Assembly: GCA_964515725.1 (NCBI GenBank)
Contig: CAZEWD010000007.1
Location: 1-26,173 of the forward strand
Direction of reading: 5' to 3'
DNA from: an uncultured Candidatus Binatia bacterium
GTDB lineage: Bacteria; Desulfobacterota; Binatia; HRBIN30
Length of the DNA stretch: 26,173 nucleotides
The first letter of the stretch is position 1; the number at the start of each line of letters is the position of its first letter. Shown one piece after another: positions 1-8,423 of this stretch. The notes under the pieces were generated by a model that worked only from the letters and a program-made list of their open reading frames with translations, was not told where the DNA came from and did not search any database. The translations under genes were made by a program, and so were the position numbers.

Positions 1-1041
1 TCGAAAAATGTCACAGGCCGCAGTACCAGCCTGCGCCATCAACTCGAAGCACTCAAACGGATCGAGGCACTTGGCGCTGCCCATGGTCTCATCGTTATGT
101 TCAACATCGTCGTCTGCCGTGAAAATCTCTCCACGGTGGTCGAGGTTCCACGCCTCGTGAAGGAACGTTTCCCCGGTATCAACGCCACGTTTCGATTCAA
201 GGCTCTCGTACTCGATGGACGCGCTGCAGAGATGCGCTCGGCGTTCCCATTCCGGGAGTTCGACGCGGAAGGGCTGGCAGAGGAAGTCAATGCCTTGGGC
301 GTCGATATGCTGTTCGAGAACTTTCCTCTCTGTCGCCTCGGCCGGTACGCGCATCGAACGGTCGAAGTCGCTTCGCTCCTGGGGACGGAGTCGTATTTCC
401 ACCACCAGGATGACGGCGAGTATCGCCATGTCGAAGGATATTCCGGCGGCCGGCATCATCCGCTGGACCCGTGCAGTCGTTGCCCTGCGGAAGCTATTTG
501 TCCGAGTATCCACGATCGGTACGTGGACCTGTACGGTACGACGGATTTCTCGCCGCTCGACCGTTCACCCAAGGATCTCGTTCAACGTTTCGCCGATGAG
601 GTCGGTGCCGGCGACGAACTACGCACCGTGGCGGCCCGCCGGATCACGGAACTCGAACAATTCTCCCGCCAGCCCGTGCGCCACTCCTGCATGGAGATCG
701 GGCCGCTGCGTGTCGGTGATGAATTGATTCCCGGCTGGGCCATCGAACAACTTCGGATCAAACCGCCCTATCAGGTGAGCACGCAACTGACAGATAGCTC
801 GGGTGCCACGCTCGAGTTGTTCGTGTGGCCTGCCGGCGAGGTCCCGCAACAAGCCTGGTTCGTGGCGGGCGGATTGGGGTTTTCGCATGCCGTGACCACA
901 CTACCGGCCGAACCGGTAACCGCACTGGCCCACGCCCTGGCAGCTCGTCTGGCGCCGGAGGGAGAAGGAGACCGCACCTCGGATCTGGTCCGTTGGATCA
1001 CCGAGGCAAATCCGTCCGGCACGGCTCCCGGCAACCCTTGA
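1..1041 (+). CDS. HxsC-like radical SAM protein, 5'-truncated by the window edge, with an extra ~160-aa C-terminal domain
   Basis: Frame is open from base 1 (SKNVTGRSTSLRHQ...), so the ORF-track start at 97 is internal. Contains FENFPLC and CSRCPAEAICPSIHDRYVDLYGTTDFSP, colinear with the C-terminal motif of the radical SAM protein at 13623. Lies directly upstream of hxsB. The CxxxCxxC motif would be off-window, so the radical SAM call is indirect. Confidence 0.72.
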   Translation, partial: SKNVTGRSTSLRHQLEALKRIEALGAAHGLIVMFNIVVCRENLSTVVEVPRLVKERFPGINATFRFKALVLDGRAAEMRSAFPFREFDAEGLAEEVNALGVDMLFENFPLCRLGRYAHRTVEVASLLGTESYFHHQDDGEYRHVEGYSGGRHHPLDPCSRCPAEAICPSIHDRYVDLYGTTDFSPLDRSPKDLVQRFADEVGAGDELRTVAARRITELEQFSRQPVRHSCMEIGPLRVGDELIPGWAIEQLRIKPPYQVSTQLTDSSGATLELFVWPAGEVPQQAWFVAGGLGFSHAVTTLPAEPVTALAHALAARLAPEGEGDRTSDLVRWITEANPSGTAPGNP

Positions 1042-1101
1042 TGGACTGCCAACCACGATAGGGAATAAACGATCACGAGAATCCAACAGACGAGAAACCC
1101 C

Positions 1102-2619
1102 ATGATCGAACACCGGAAAATCGACGTAAAACAGCCACAGCTCAAAGCGGAACATCTGGGCTATTTCCGCTGGGGCCACATTGCCGGGAAGGTCCTGGTC
1201 ACCACGGATGCCGGTGAGTGGATATTTCTGAACGAACCCGAATTCGAAGATCTCCTGGCAGGTTCCATCACCGCCGGACATCCCCGATTCGCTGAAGCAC
1301 AGAGCAAAGGACTGCTGCGGGATGGTCTCGACCTCGGGGCCCTGGCAGGGAAGCTGGCGCATCGTAACTACCATGTCCACCGCGGGCCACACTTGCATAT
1401 CCTTGTGCTCACACTGCGCTGCAATCAGACCTGTTCCTATTGTCAGGTGTCACGCGAGACCGCGGACAGTTCGGGCGTCGATATGAGTGCGGAGACGGCG
1501 GAAAAGGTCGTCGAAATGGCGCTGCGCAGCCCCTCCCCATCCATCACGTTCGAGTTCCAGGGTGGTGAGCCGTTGCTCAACTTCGACCGGTTGCGCCAGG
1601 TGGTGGAATCCGCCCGCGCCCGCGCTGTTCGCGCTGGCAAGAGTGTGAGTTTCAGCCTGGTGAGCAACTTCACTGCGATGACCGAGGAAAAGGCCGAGTG
1701 GCTCATCGCCAACGACGTGCTGGTCTGCACCAGCCTCGATGGTCCCGCCCATGTACACGACGCAAATCGCAGGTGGAAATACGGCAGTGCGCATGCCGAG
1801 GTCGTTCGCTGGATCGAATACTTCAACCGGCGCTACGTGGAACTGGGGCGAGATCCGCGTTTGTGGCACATCGATGCGATCATGACGACGACCCGGCGCA
1901 CGCTGGAGGCGTGGCGTGAGGTCATCGACGAATATGCAGCACGTGGCCTGACGACGATCCACCTGCGGCCACTCAACCCGTCGGGGTTTGCCCGTGATGC
2001 CTGGCAACTCATCGGCTATACGCCGGAGGAATATCTCGCGTACTACCGCAGGGCTCTCGACTACATCCTCGAATTGAACCGCAGAGGTGTCGAGATGATC
2101 GAACGCACCGCGTCCATCTTCTTGACGAAGATCCTCACCCCCGACGACCCGGGCTTTGTGGACATCCAGTCGCCCTGCGGAGCGGGAACCGGCCAGGTCG
2201 CCTATAACTTCGATGGACGTGTCTTTCCGTGTGATGAAGCTCGAATGGTCGACGCCATGGGCGATCCCCTGTTCGAGTTGGGACGCGTTGGTGATCTGAC
2301 GGTCCCGGCGATGCTGCGCCATCCGACGGTTCGCGCCATCGCTTCGGCGTCTTTGCTGGACACACAACCGATGTGCTCTGACTGCTGGAACAAACCCTTT
2401 TGCGGCGTGTGTCCCGTGGTCGATTTTGTGAGCCAGAACGACCTCATCGGAGAACGGCCGCGGTCCTTCCAATGCAAAGAACGCATGGATGTCTGCACCA
2501 AGCTGTTCGAGCTGCTGGCAAACGAAGAGGACAAACAAACGGCAGAGATCCTCAGGCGGTGGACCATCTCGCGCCCCCGCCTCGATAGCGATGGCCGCGC
2601 CTTGAAAGAGGCTCCCTGA
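1102..2619 (+). CDS. hxsB: His-Xaa-Ser system radical SAM/SPASM maturase HxsB
   Basis: GPHLHILVLTLRCNQTCSYCQVSR (CxxxCxxC), FEFQGGEPLLNF, SLDGP, SPASM cysteines SPCGAGTGQVAYNFDGRVFPCDE and CSDCWNKPFCGVCP, and an N-terminal FRW...LVTTDAGEWIFL segment typical of HxsB. Confidence 0.9.
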   Translation: MIEHRKIDVKQPQLKAEHLGYFRWGHIAGKVLVTTDAGEWIFLNEPEFEDLLAGSITAGHPRFAEAQSKGLLRDGLDLGALAGKLAHRNYHVHRGPHLHILVLTLRCNQTCSYCQVSRETADSSGVDMSAETAEKVVEMALRSPSPSITFEFQGGEPLLNFDRLRQVVESARARAVRAGKSVSFSLVSNFTAMTEEKAEWLIANDVLVCTSLDGPAHVHDANRRWKYGSAHAEVVRWIEYFNRRYVELGRDPRLWHIDAIMTTTRRTLEAWREVIDEYAARGLTTIHLRPLNPSGFARDAWQLIGYTPEEYLAYYRRALDYILELNRRGVEMIERTASIFLTKILTPDDPGFVDIQSPCGAGTGQVAYNFDGRVFPCDEARMVDAMGDPLFELGRVGDLTVPAMLRHPTVRAIASASLLDTQPMCSDCWNKPFCGVCPVVDFVSQNDLIGERPRSFQCKERMDVCTKLFELLANEEDKQTAEILRRWTISRPRLDSDGRALKEAP

Positions 2620-2695
2620 CCGGGATTTCCCATCCTATTTCGGAAGGTTCCGTGCCGGTCGGAGACACCGTTTGGGTCCATTCCCCCTGAAACAT

Positions 2696-3523
2696 ATGTC
2701 TGCCGGATTTTTCACCGGGTTGGGGCAGATCATGCTCCAGCAAAGCGCCCTCACCGGGGCGCTGTTCCTGGCAGGTCTTTGTGCGCATTCGCGCTCGATG
2801 GCGTTCGGTGCGGTGATAGGCGCCTTTTCCGGCATCATGACCGCCCGACTCCGTGCCTTCGATCCAGACGACATTTCGCACGGGTTGTACGGTTTCAACA
2901 GCGCTCTGGTCGGGATTGCACTGAGTTTTACGTACTCGCTTGGAGTGAGTTGTGGTCTGTTGATCGTTCTGGGCAGCGCACTGTCATCGATTCTCATGTG
3001 CCGCATGCTGCGCCGTGCAGACTCGCTTCCGCCCTTGACGATGCCGTTTGTTCTATCGACATGGATCATGCTGGCAGTTGGTAACATCCTGGGACTGGAG
3101 CCTGCGGGATTCGAAAGCGTTTCAGAAGTCCACGGCGATCTTGCTGTGATCCTACGCGGTCTGGGGCAAGTGATGTTTCAGGAATCCTGGATCACAGGAA
3201 TCCTGTTTTTGATTGGCCTGATCTTCCACTCCAGACAGGCGGCCGCCTGGGCGTGGATCGGCTCGGCGATGGGATTGGTGGTGGCCCGTGGCCTCAGTTA
3301 TCCGGAAAGCCTCGTCGATGCAGGGATCTTCGGTTTCAATGGTGTGTTGGTTGGCATCGCCCTGGGGGATACCTTTCGCAATAACGTCATGGTGACGTTG
3401 GGAGGAATGGTACTCTCCGTCTTGCTTCTCCGAGGATTTCAGCTTGCTGGCATCCCCGCTCTGACCGCCCCCTTCGTTCTGTCGACCTGGACAATCATCC
3501 TGCTCGATCGCTGGCGCAGATAG
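2696..3523 (+). CDS. Urea transporter (UT/Yut family channel)
   Basis: Hydrophobic with the UT internal duplication: GLGQIMLQQSALTGALFLAGL / GLGQVMFQESWITGILFLIGL, LYGFNSALVG / IFGFNGVLVG, PPLTMPFVLSTW / PALTAPFVLSTW. ATG at 2696 chosen over the TTG at 2672; start uncertain. Confidence 0.9.
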   Translation: MSAGFFTGLGQIMLQQSALTGALFLAGLCAHSRSMAFGAVIGAFSGIMTARLRAFDPDDISHGLYGFNSALVGIALSFTYSLGVSCGLLIVLGSALSSILMCRMLRRADSLPPLTMPFVLSTWIMLAVGNILGLEPAGFESVSEVHGDLAVILRGLGQVMFQESWITGILFLIGLIFHSRQAAAWAWIGSAMGLVVARGLSYPESLVDAGIFGFNGVLVGIALGDTFRNNVMVTLGGMVLSVLLLRGFQLAGIPALTAPFVLSTWTIILLDRWRR

Positions 3524-3673
3524 AACCGCGAGAATCGGACTCTGTCCCGGTGCTCCGATCTCGCGATGTGATTCGTTGTACGATTCCCGACCCACCCTCG
3601 AATCGGATGCCCGGAAGTCCTTTGCCCCCGCGACATCGCGGCGCAGATTGCCTATGCTGGCGCCAGCAACACG

Positions 3674-4030
3674 ATGGAAATTTTCAAGAAATTCACGATC
3701 GAAGCGGCGCACTTCTTGCCGAACCTGCCAGAGGGTCATAAGTGCCGGCGTTTGCACGGGCACTCGTTTGGAGTGGAGGTCCACGTACGAGGGCCGGTGC
3801 AACAGCCGGAAGGGTGGATCGTCGACTTCGCTGACCTCAAGGTGGCCTTTCAGCCGATCCTCGACCAGCTCGATCACAATTACCTCAACGACGTAGAAGG
3901 ACTCGAGAACCCAACGAGCGAGAATCTGGTACGCTGGATCTGGACCCGGCTGAAGCCCGTTCTGCCGGGTCTATGCAAGGTTGTGGTCTGTGAGACCTGT
4001 ACCTCCGGCTGTGTGTATAGGGGTGAGTAG
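3674..4030 (+). CDS. queD: 6-carboxy-5,6,7,8-tetrahydropterin synthase
   Basis: 118 aa with [20 protein letters not shown] (CxxxHGH), [23 protein letters not shown] and CETCTSGC. Confidence 0.95.
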   Translation: MEIFKKFTIEAAHFLPNLPEGHKCRRLHGHSFGVEVHVRGPVQQPEGWIVDFADLKVAFQPILDQLDHNYLNDVEGLENPTSENLVRWIWTRLKPVLPGLCKVVVCETCTSGCVYRGE

Positions 4031-4065
4031 GCAACCAGCCTGGACCAACCGATGGCGCAGCAATG

Positions 4066-5112
4066 TTATGACGGCTCCGCTGAGGTAAGCAGCTTCGTTC
4101 GCGCGATCACATCCTGCCAGCGTTCCATGAAAGCTGGGCCTTTCTCCCAGATCTCACTCGCAAAATAGAACAGCAGACTGTCGGCAATCCCCTTGTACCT
4201 GGCAGCAATGGTTGCGGGTAGTTCTGCCCACGTAGCGGTGACGGTAAAAGCCTCGAGCATTTCGCCGGTGATGAGATCCGCCATGGCTGTGAGATTCCCC
4301 TGACGTTGCAGTTGCGTGAGCTGTTCCGGGACTCCGTGCCACCCGTGCAGCTCAAAGACATGTTTGTAGGCCGGAGTGGATCCATAGAAGGCAATCTGGA
4401 AACGGGCGCGCTGGCGCCACTCGATTCTTTCTTCCTCGGTGTCCCCGACGATCGTTAAAACCGGACACGCCAGCTTGACGATTTTTGGATCACGTCCTGC
4501 CCTGGCTGCTCCTGCCGCCACACGGGGAAGAATGACCTCATCGATGAACTTGCGTGAATGCATCGGATGCACGTGGATGCCATCCGCAACCTCGCCACAG
4601 GCACGCAACATCCACGGCCGTACGGCAGCGAGGTAAATGGGAATGTCCGGATGATCGATGGGTCCAGGACTCCACATGCCCAGCAGACTGACGTTGTAGA
4701 ACTCTCCTTGAACGTTGAGGCGTTCCTGGCCCTGAAAGGCACGAAAGATGGCGCGTAGCGCCAGAACATACTCCCGTAGACGAGCTCCCGGGCGATCATA
4801 CACAGTGGAAAAGCGACGCTCGATGTGTGCCTTGATCTGCGTTCCGAGGCCCAGGACGAATCGGCCACCCGTGGCGTCGGCCAATTCCCAGGCGATCTGT
4901 GCCGTTACCATCGGACTGCGAGGGAAGGCTGTCGCCACTGCTGTGCCGATACGAAGTTCCGGTGCAGCCAGCGCTGCGGCGGCACAATTCAGGTACGCCG
5001 TGCGTCCGGTTTCTGCCAACCACAGGCCGTCGTACCCCATCCGGGCAAAATCGCGCGCCCGTTGTGCTGCGCGCCCCAGCTCCAGGCTGGAACCGAATGC
5101 ATCGATCTTCAT
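4066..5112 (-). CDS. LLM-class, probably F420-dependent oxidoreductase (MSMEG_2256/TIGR03617-like)
   Basis: GYDGLWLAET, IGTAVATAFPRSPMVTAQIAWEL, GRFVLGLGTQIKAHIERRFS, CGEVADGIHVHP, IAFYGSTPAY. GAAGG RBS upstream of the ATG. Confidence 0.88.
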   Translation of the reverse strand: MKIDAFGSSLELGRAAQRARDFARMGYDGLWLAETGRTAYLNCAAAALAAPELRIGTAVATAFPRSPMVTAQIAWELADATGGRFVLGLGTQIKAHIERRFSTVYDRPGARLREYVLALRAIFRAFQGQERLNVQGEFYNVSLLGMWSPGPIDHPDIPIYLAAVRPWMLRACGEVADGIHVHPMHSRKFIDEVILPRVAAGAARAGRDPKIVKLACPVLTIVGDTEEERIEWRQRARFQIAFYGSTPAYKHVFELHGWHGVPEQLTQLQRQGNLTAMADLITGEMLEAFTVTATWAELPATIAARYKGIADSLLFYFASEIWEKGPAFMERWQDVIARTKLLTSAEPS

Positions 5113-5131
5113 GTTCGCCTTCCGTTCTGCC

Positions 5132-5165
5132 GTCCCTGATCTCCCGTATCGCTACGGGATGGGAC
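5132..5165 (-). other. Intercistronic RNA stem-loop between the crotonase and LLM genes
   Basis: On the minus-strand mRNA: GUCCC-A-UCCCGUA, loop GCGA (GNRA tetraloop), UACGGGA-GAUCA-GGGAC. Function unknown; no U-tract. Confidence 0.5.
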
Positions 5166-5200
5166 TTCTTTTCGATTCACGGACAACCTGCCCCGTGTGT

Positions 5201-5986
5201 TCAGGAATTCCTGCCTCCGCCACCAGAGCCGAAGGCAAAGCGACTCGGATCATCGCCGATCGATCCGGTCAGCAGATCCCCATCCGCCTCACTGAAATCC
5301 CCCAGGAAATCGCGCCTGCCGTAGGCGCGGAACTGCGCCTTTGTCATATGGACTGCAGCGTCGGGTTTGGCAGCTAGCCGGTCGGCCCACTCATCTACGG
5401 CCCGATCGAGATCGGCCTCGGCCACGACACGATTGACGAGACCAAACCGTTCGGCGGTGGCAGCGTCGAAGCGATCGCAAAAAAGGATGATCTCCTTGGC
5501 ACGTGCCACACCGACGAGGCGGGCCAGCACGGGAACACCTCCCCAGCCGAGCGGAATGCCGAGATCCACCTCGGGCACCTGGAATTGTGCCGTTGCGGTT
5601 GCAACGCGCAGATCACAGGCTCCGGCCAGGGCCACACCGCCCCCGATAATGTATCCGTGCAGTCGTGCAATCGTGATTGCATCCAATTCCTCGAGGGCCT
5701 GTGTTGCACGGCGGCCGATCTGCGAGGCGTAGCGGCGGAAACGCGCACCCTGTCCTGTAGCTTTGGTCGGACGAATCGGGGGATCCTTACGATCCGCGCC
5801 GGCACAAAACGACGAACCATGGCCTCCCAGTACAACGACCTGGATGTCGGGTGCTTTCTGGATCTCGTCACAGACAGACACGATCTCTTCAAGGGCCAGT
5901 GAGTTGAGCGCGTTGAGTCGTTTTGGCCGGTTCAACCATATCCGTGCCACATTGCCGCTGCGAACGAACTGGAGAGTTTCGTACAT
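5201..5986 (-). CDS. Enoyl-CoA hydratase/isomerase (crotonase) family protein
   Basis: LNRPKRLNALN, FCAGAD oxyanion-hole motif, GGGVALAGACDLR, FQVPEVDLGIPLGWGG. Start placed at ATG 5986 (MYETLQF) behind an AAGGAG RBS instead of the track start at 6100. Confidence 0.93.
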   Translation of the reverse strand: MYETLQFVRSGNVARIWLNRPKRLNALNSLALEEIVSVCDEIQKAPDIQVVVLGGHGSSFCAGADRKDPPIRPTKATGQGARFRRYASQIGRRATQALEELDAITIARLHGYIIGGGVALAGACDLRVATATAQFQVPEVDLGIPLGWGGVPVLARLVGVARAKEIILFCDRFDAATAERFGLVNRVVAEADLDRAVDEWADRLAAKPDAAVHMTKAQFRAYGRRDFLGDFSEADGDLLTGSIGDDPSRFAFGSGGGGRNS

Positions 5987-6260
5987 GGAGAACTCCTTCC
6001 CGAGGAACTGAACTGATCTCACGCCGGCGCAGGCAATGTATTCGAGTCCCGGCGCCCGCTCGTTGACTATCGCGGTCTGAAACCGGACGCCAGTGCACAC
6101 TCATGTACGGTCCGGTCCCCACACGGACAGACATCTCTCTACGGTCTAGACAGGGCCGTGCCAACGTCACAATTCAGCCTCAAATGCATCGACCTCGATG
6201 TGGATGTGTGTTTTATCGCATGGCAATGATGCGGCCGGACCGCGCAAGTAAGGAGAACCC

Positions 6261-7238
6261 ATGAAGACGAGGATCACGGAGTTATTCGGAATCGAACACC
6301 CCATCATTCAGGGCGGCATGCACTACGTTGGCTTCGCAGAGCTGGCGTCGGCAGTATCCAACGCCGGTGGTCTGGGCATCATTACCGGACTCACGCTCGG
6401 AACACCCGAGAAGCTGGCAGCGGAGATCGCCCGTTGCCACACGATGACGGATAAGCCATTCGGCGTAAACCTGACCTTTCTGCCGGCGCTCTCGCCACCG
6501 GATTACTCGGGTATGGTGAAGGCAATCATCGATGGCGGCGTGAAAGTTGTCGAGACCGCGGGGCGCAATCCCGAACAGGTTCTGCCGGCGTTGAAAGCCG
6601 CTGGCATCAAGGTGATCCACAAGTGCACCTCGGTGCGTCATTCGCTGAAGGCACAGTCGATCGGCTGTGACGCTGTAAGTGTCGATGGTTTCGAGTGCGG
6701 TGGACATCCGGGCGAAGATGACGTGCCGAATTTCATTCTCCTGCCGCGTGCGGCGGAGGAATTGAAGATTCCGTTTGTCGCATCAGGTGGCATGGCGGAT
6801 GGGCGGTCCCTGGTCGCGGCGCTGTCACTGGGGGCGGAAGGCATCAACATGGGAACACGGTTCATCGCCACGAAAGAGGCGCCGGTTCACCAGAACGTGA
6901 AAGAAGCATTGGTTGCTGCCAGTGAGCTCGATACACGGCTCATCATGCGGCCGCTGCGCAATACGGAACGGGTCATGTACAACGAAGCGGTCGGCCGGCT
7001 TCTGAAAAAGGAAAAAGAGCTGGGCGACAATCTCCAGTTTTCCGACATCATTTTCGAGGTGGCCGGCGTCTATCCGAAGATCATGCGTGAAGGAACTCTG
7101 GATGCAGGTGCCTGGAGTTGCGGCATGGTGGCGGGTCTCATCCACGACATTCCCACGGTGAAGGAACTCATCGACCGGATCATGGCGGAAGCCGAATCCA
7201 TCATTCGTAATCGGCTGCCCAGCAAGCTCGGGGCGTAG
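6261..7238 (+). CDS. Nitronate monooxygenase / FabK-like NAD(P)H-dependent flavin oxidoreductase
   Basis: MKTRITELFGIEHPIIQGGM, AVSNAGGLG, DGFECGGHPG, ASGGMADGR, GINMGTRF, WSCGMVAGLI. AAGGAG RBS. Confidence 0.92.
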   Translation: MKTRITELFGIEHPIIQGGMHYVGFAELASAVSNAGGLGIITGLTLGTPEKLAAEIARCHTMTDKPFGVNLTFLPALSPPDYSGMVKAIIDGGVKVVETAGRNPEQVLPALKAAGIKVIHKCTSVRHSLKAQSIGCDAVSVDGFECGGHPGEDDVPNFILLPRAAEELKIPFVASGGMADGRSLVAALSLGAEGINMGTRFIATKEAPVHQNVKEALVAASELDTRLIMRPLRNTERVMYNEAVGRLLKKEKELGDNLQFSDIIFEVAGVYPKIMREGTLDAGAWSCGMVAGLIHDIPTVKELIDRIMAEAESIIRNRLPSKLGA

Positions 7239-7282
7239 GTCACAGAGGCTTTCCGAAGAGAGCCGGCGCTTCTCATGAGTTT

Positions 7283-7320
7283 ACGGAGCGTCCACCGCCA
7301 GTGTGGACGCTCCGTCTCTT
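7283..7320. terminator. Probable terminator hairpin between convergent genes, possibly bidirectional
   Basis: Perfect 13-bp stem ACGGAGCGTCCAC (7283-7295) / GTGGACGCTCCGT (7303-7315), 7-nt loop, followed by CTCTTTC on the + strand. Lies between the NMO stop (7238) and the metK stop (7350). Confidence 0.7.
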
Positions 7321-7349
7321 TCAAGATTCCGCTTTCAGGCCGTAACGGT

Positions 7350-8423
7350 TTACTCCCACGGGAATTCCTTCCGCCCGTAGTGGCCGTAAGTCGCTGTTTG
7401 CAGGTAGTTCCATCCCGACGGACGCCGCAGGGCAAAACGATCGATGATGTGCTGCGGCGACAGATCCGGAAATGTTTCCTTCACCCACGGCACCAGATTT
7501 TCTCCCTTCTGGTTGACCGCGGTGAGCATCTCGGGCTGGTGCTGTCCGATGGCATACGCGATGCGAACCGTGCACTCGCTGGAATGCCGGACTCCGCAAG
7601 CAACGGCAGTTTTGGCGATATGACGTGCCATGTAGGCGGCGCTGCGATCGACTTTGGTAGCGTCCTTCCCTGAATAGGAACCTCCGCCGACGGGTACGCG
7701 CGGGCCATAGGCATCCACCACGATTTTACGACCCGTTACACCCGCGTCTGCCTGCGGTCCGCCGAGAATGAAGCTGCCGGTTCCATTGATGACAACGTGC
7801 GGGATATCGCTGCCAAGAATCGGGTCGATCACGGTCGTCCGGATGGTTTTGCGTACATCTTCGATGGAAATTTCCGCCCGATGCTGGGCTGCAATTACGA
7901 CACTCACGACCTGATCATCGACGATACTCACCTGTGTCTTGCCGTCCGGAAGCAGCCACGGCACCTCTCCGTTCAGGCGGACCTCACGTAGTCGCCAGGC
8001 AAGTCTGCGCGCCAGTTCATATTCACGCGGCATCATGCTGTCCGTCTCATTTGTCGCGTACCCTACCATGATGCCCTGGTCACCTGCTCCGACACCCCGG
8101 CCATGTGGATTCAGGTCTTCGTCGACGCCGCGTGCAATCTCCAGTGACTGCTCGGTCACCTGGGTAATGACCTTCAACACATCTTCCCGCCCGTAGCCGA
8201 TCTTTCGTGTCCAGATGTCACGGGCAATCGCTTCAAAGTTGATTTGCGCAGTCGATGTCAGCTCTCCGCAGATGACGAGCAGATCCCCCTTGGCAAGACA
8301 CTCGATTGCAACACGAGCCCCTGGATCCTCAACGAGGCAAGCATCCAGCACCGCATCTGCTACCTGGTCGCAGAATTTGTCAGGATGCCCGTCGGCCACC
8401 ATCTCCGCTGTTTGAGAAATCAC
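7350..8423 (-). CDS. metK: Methionine adenosyltransferase (SAM synthetase), short divergent form, 357 aa
   Basis: GHPDK, GAGDQG, PDGKTQ, GGPQADAGVTGRKIVVDAYG, GGGSYSGKDATKVDRSAAY, YGHYGRKEFPWE. GTG at 8423 overlaps the sbcC stop (GTGA) and gives the expected N-terminal spacing to GHPDK. Confidence 0.93.
   Translation of the reverse strand: MISQTAEMVADGHPDKFCDQVADAVLDACLVEDPGARVAIECLAKGDLLVICGELTSTAQINFEAIARDIWTRKIGYGREDVLKVITQVTEQSLEIARGVDEDLNPHGRGVGAGDQGIMVGYATNETDSMMPREYELARRLAWRLREVRLNGEVPWLLPDGKTQVSIVDDQVVSVVIAAQHRAEISIEDVRKTIRTTVIDPILGSDIPHVVINGTGSFILGGPQADAGVTGRKIVVDAYGPRVPVGGGSYSGKDATKVDRSAAYMARHIAKTAVACGVRHSSECTVRIAYAIGQHQPEMLTAVNQKGENLVPWVKETFPDLSPQHIIDRFALRRPSGWNYLQTATYGHYGRKEFPWE

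Noticed and set aside
1450-2538. 362-aa minus-strand ORF
   Set aside because: Entirely antisense to hxsB; no motifs.
1042-2695. His-x-Ser repeat precursor ORF in the gaps flanking hxsB
   Set aside because: The gaps (60 and 76 nt) contain no such ORF, and none of the listed small ORFs has HxS repeats.
3524-3673. Possible preQ1 riboswitch upstream of queD
   Set aside because: An imperfect hairpin exists near 3530-3562, but there is no preQ1-I AGAGGTTC-like core or A-rich tail.
3152-3877. 241-aa minus-strand ORF
   Set aside because: Overlaps both the urea transporter and queD, which have clear family signatures.
6101-6260. Several short hairpins in the divergent crotonase/NMO intergenic region
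   Set aside because: Stems of 5-6 bp are within chance expectation and match no RNA family I recognise.
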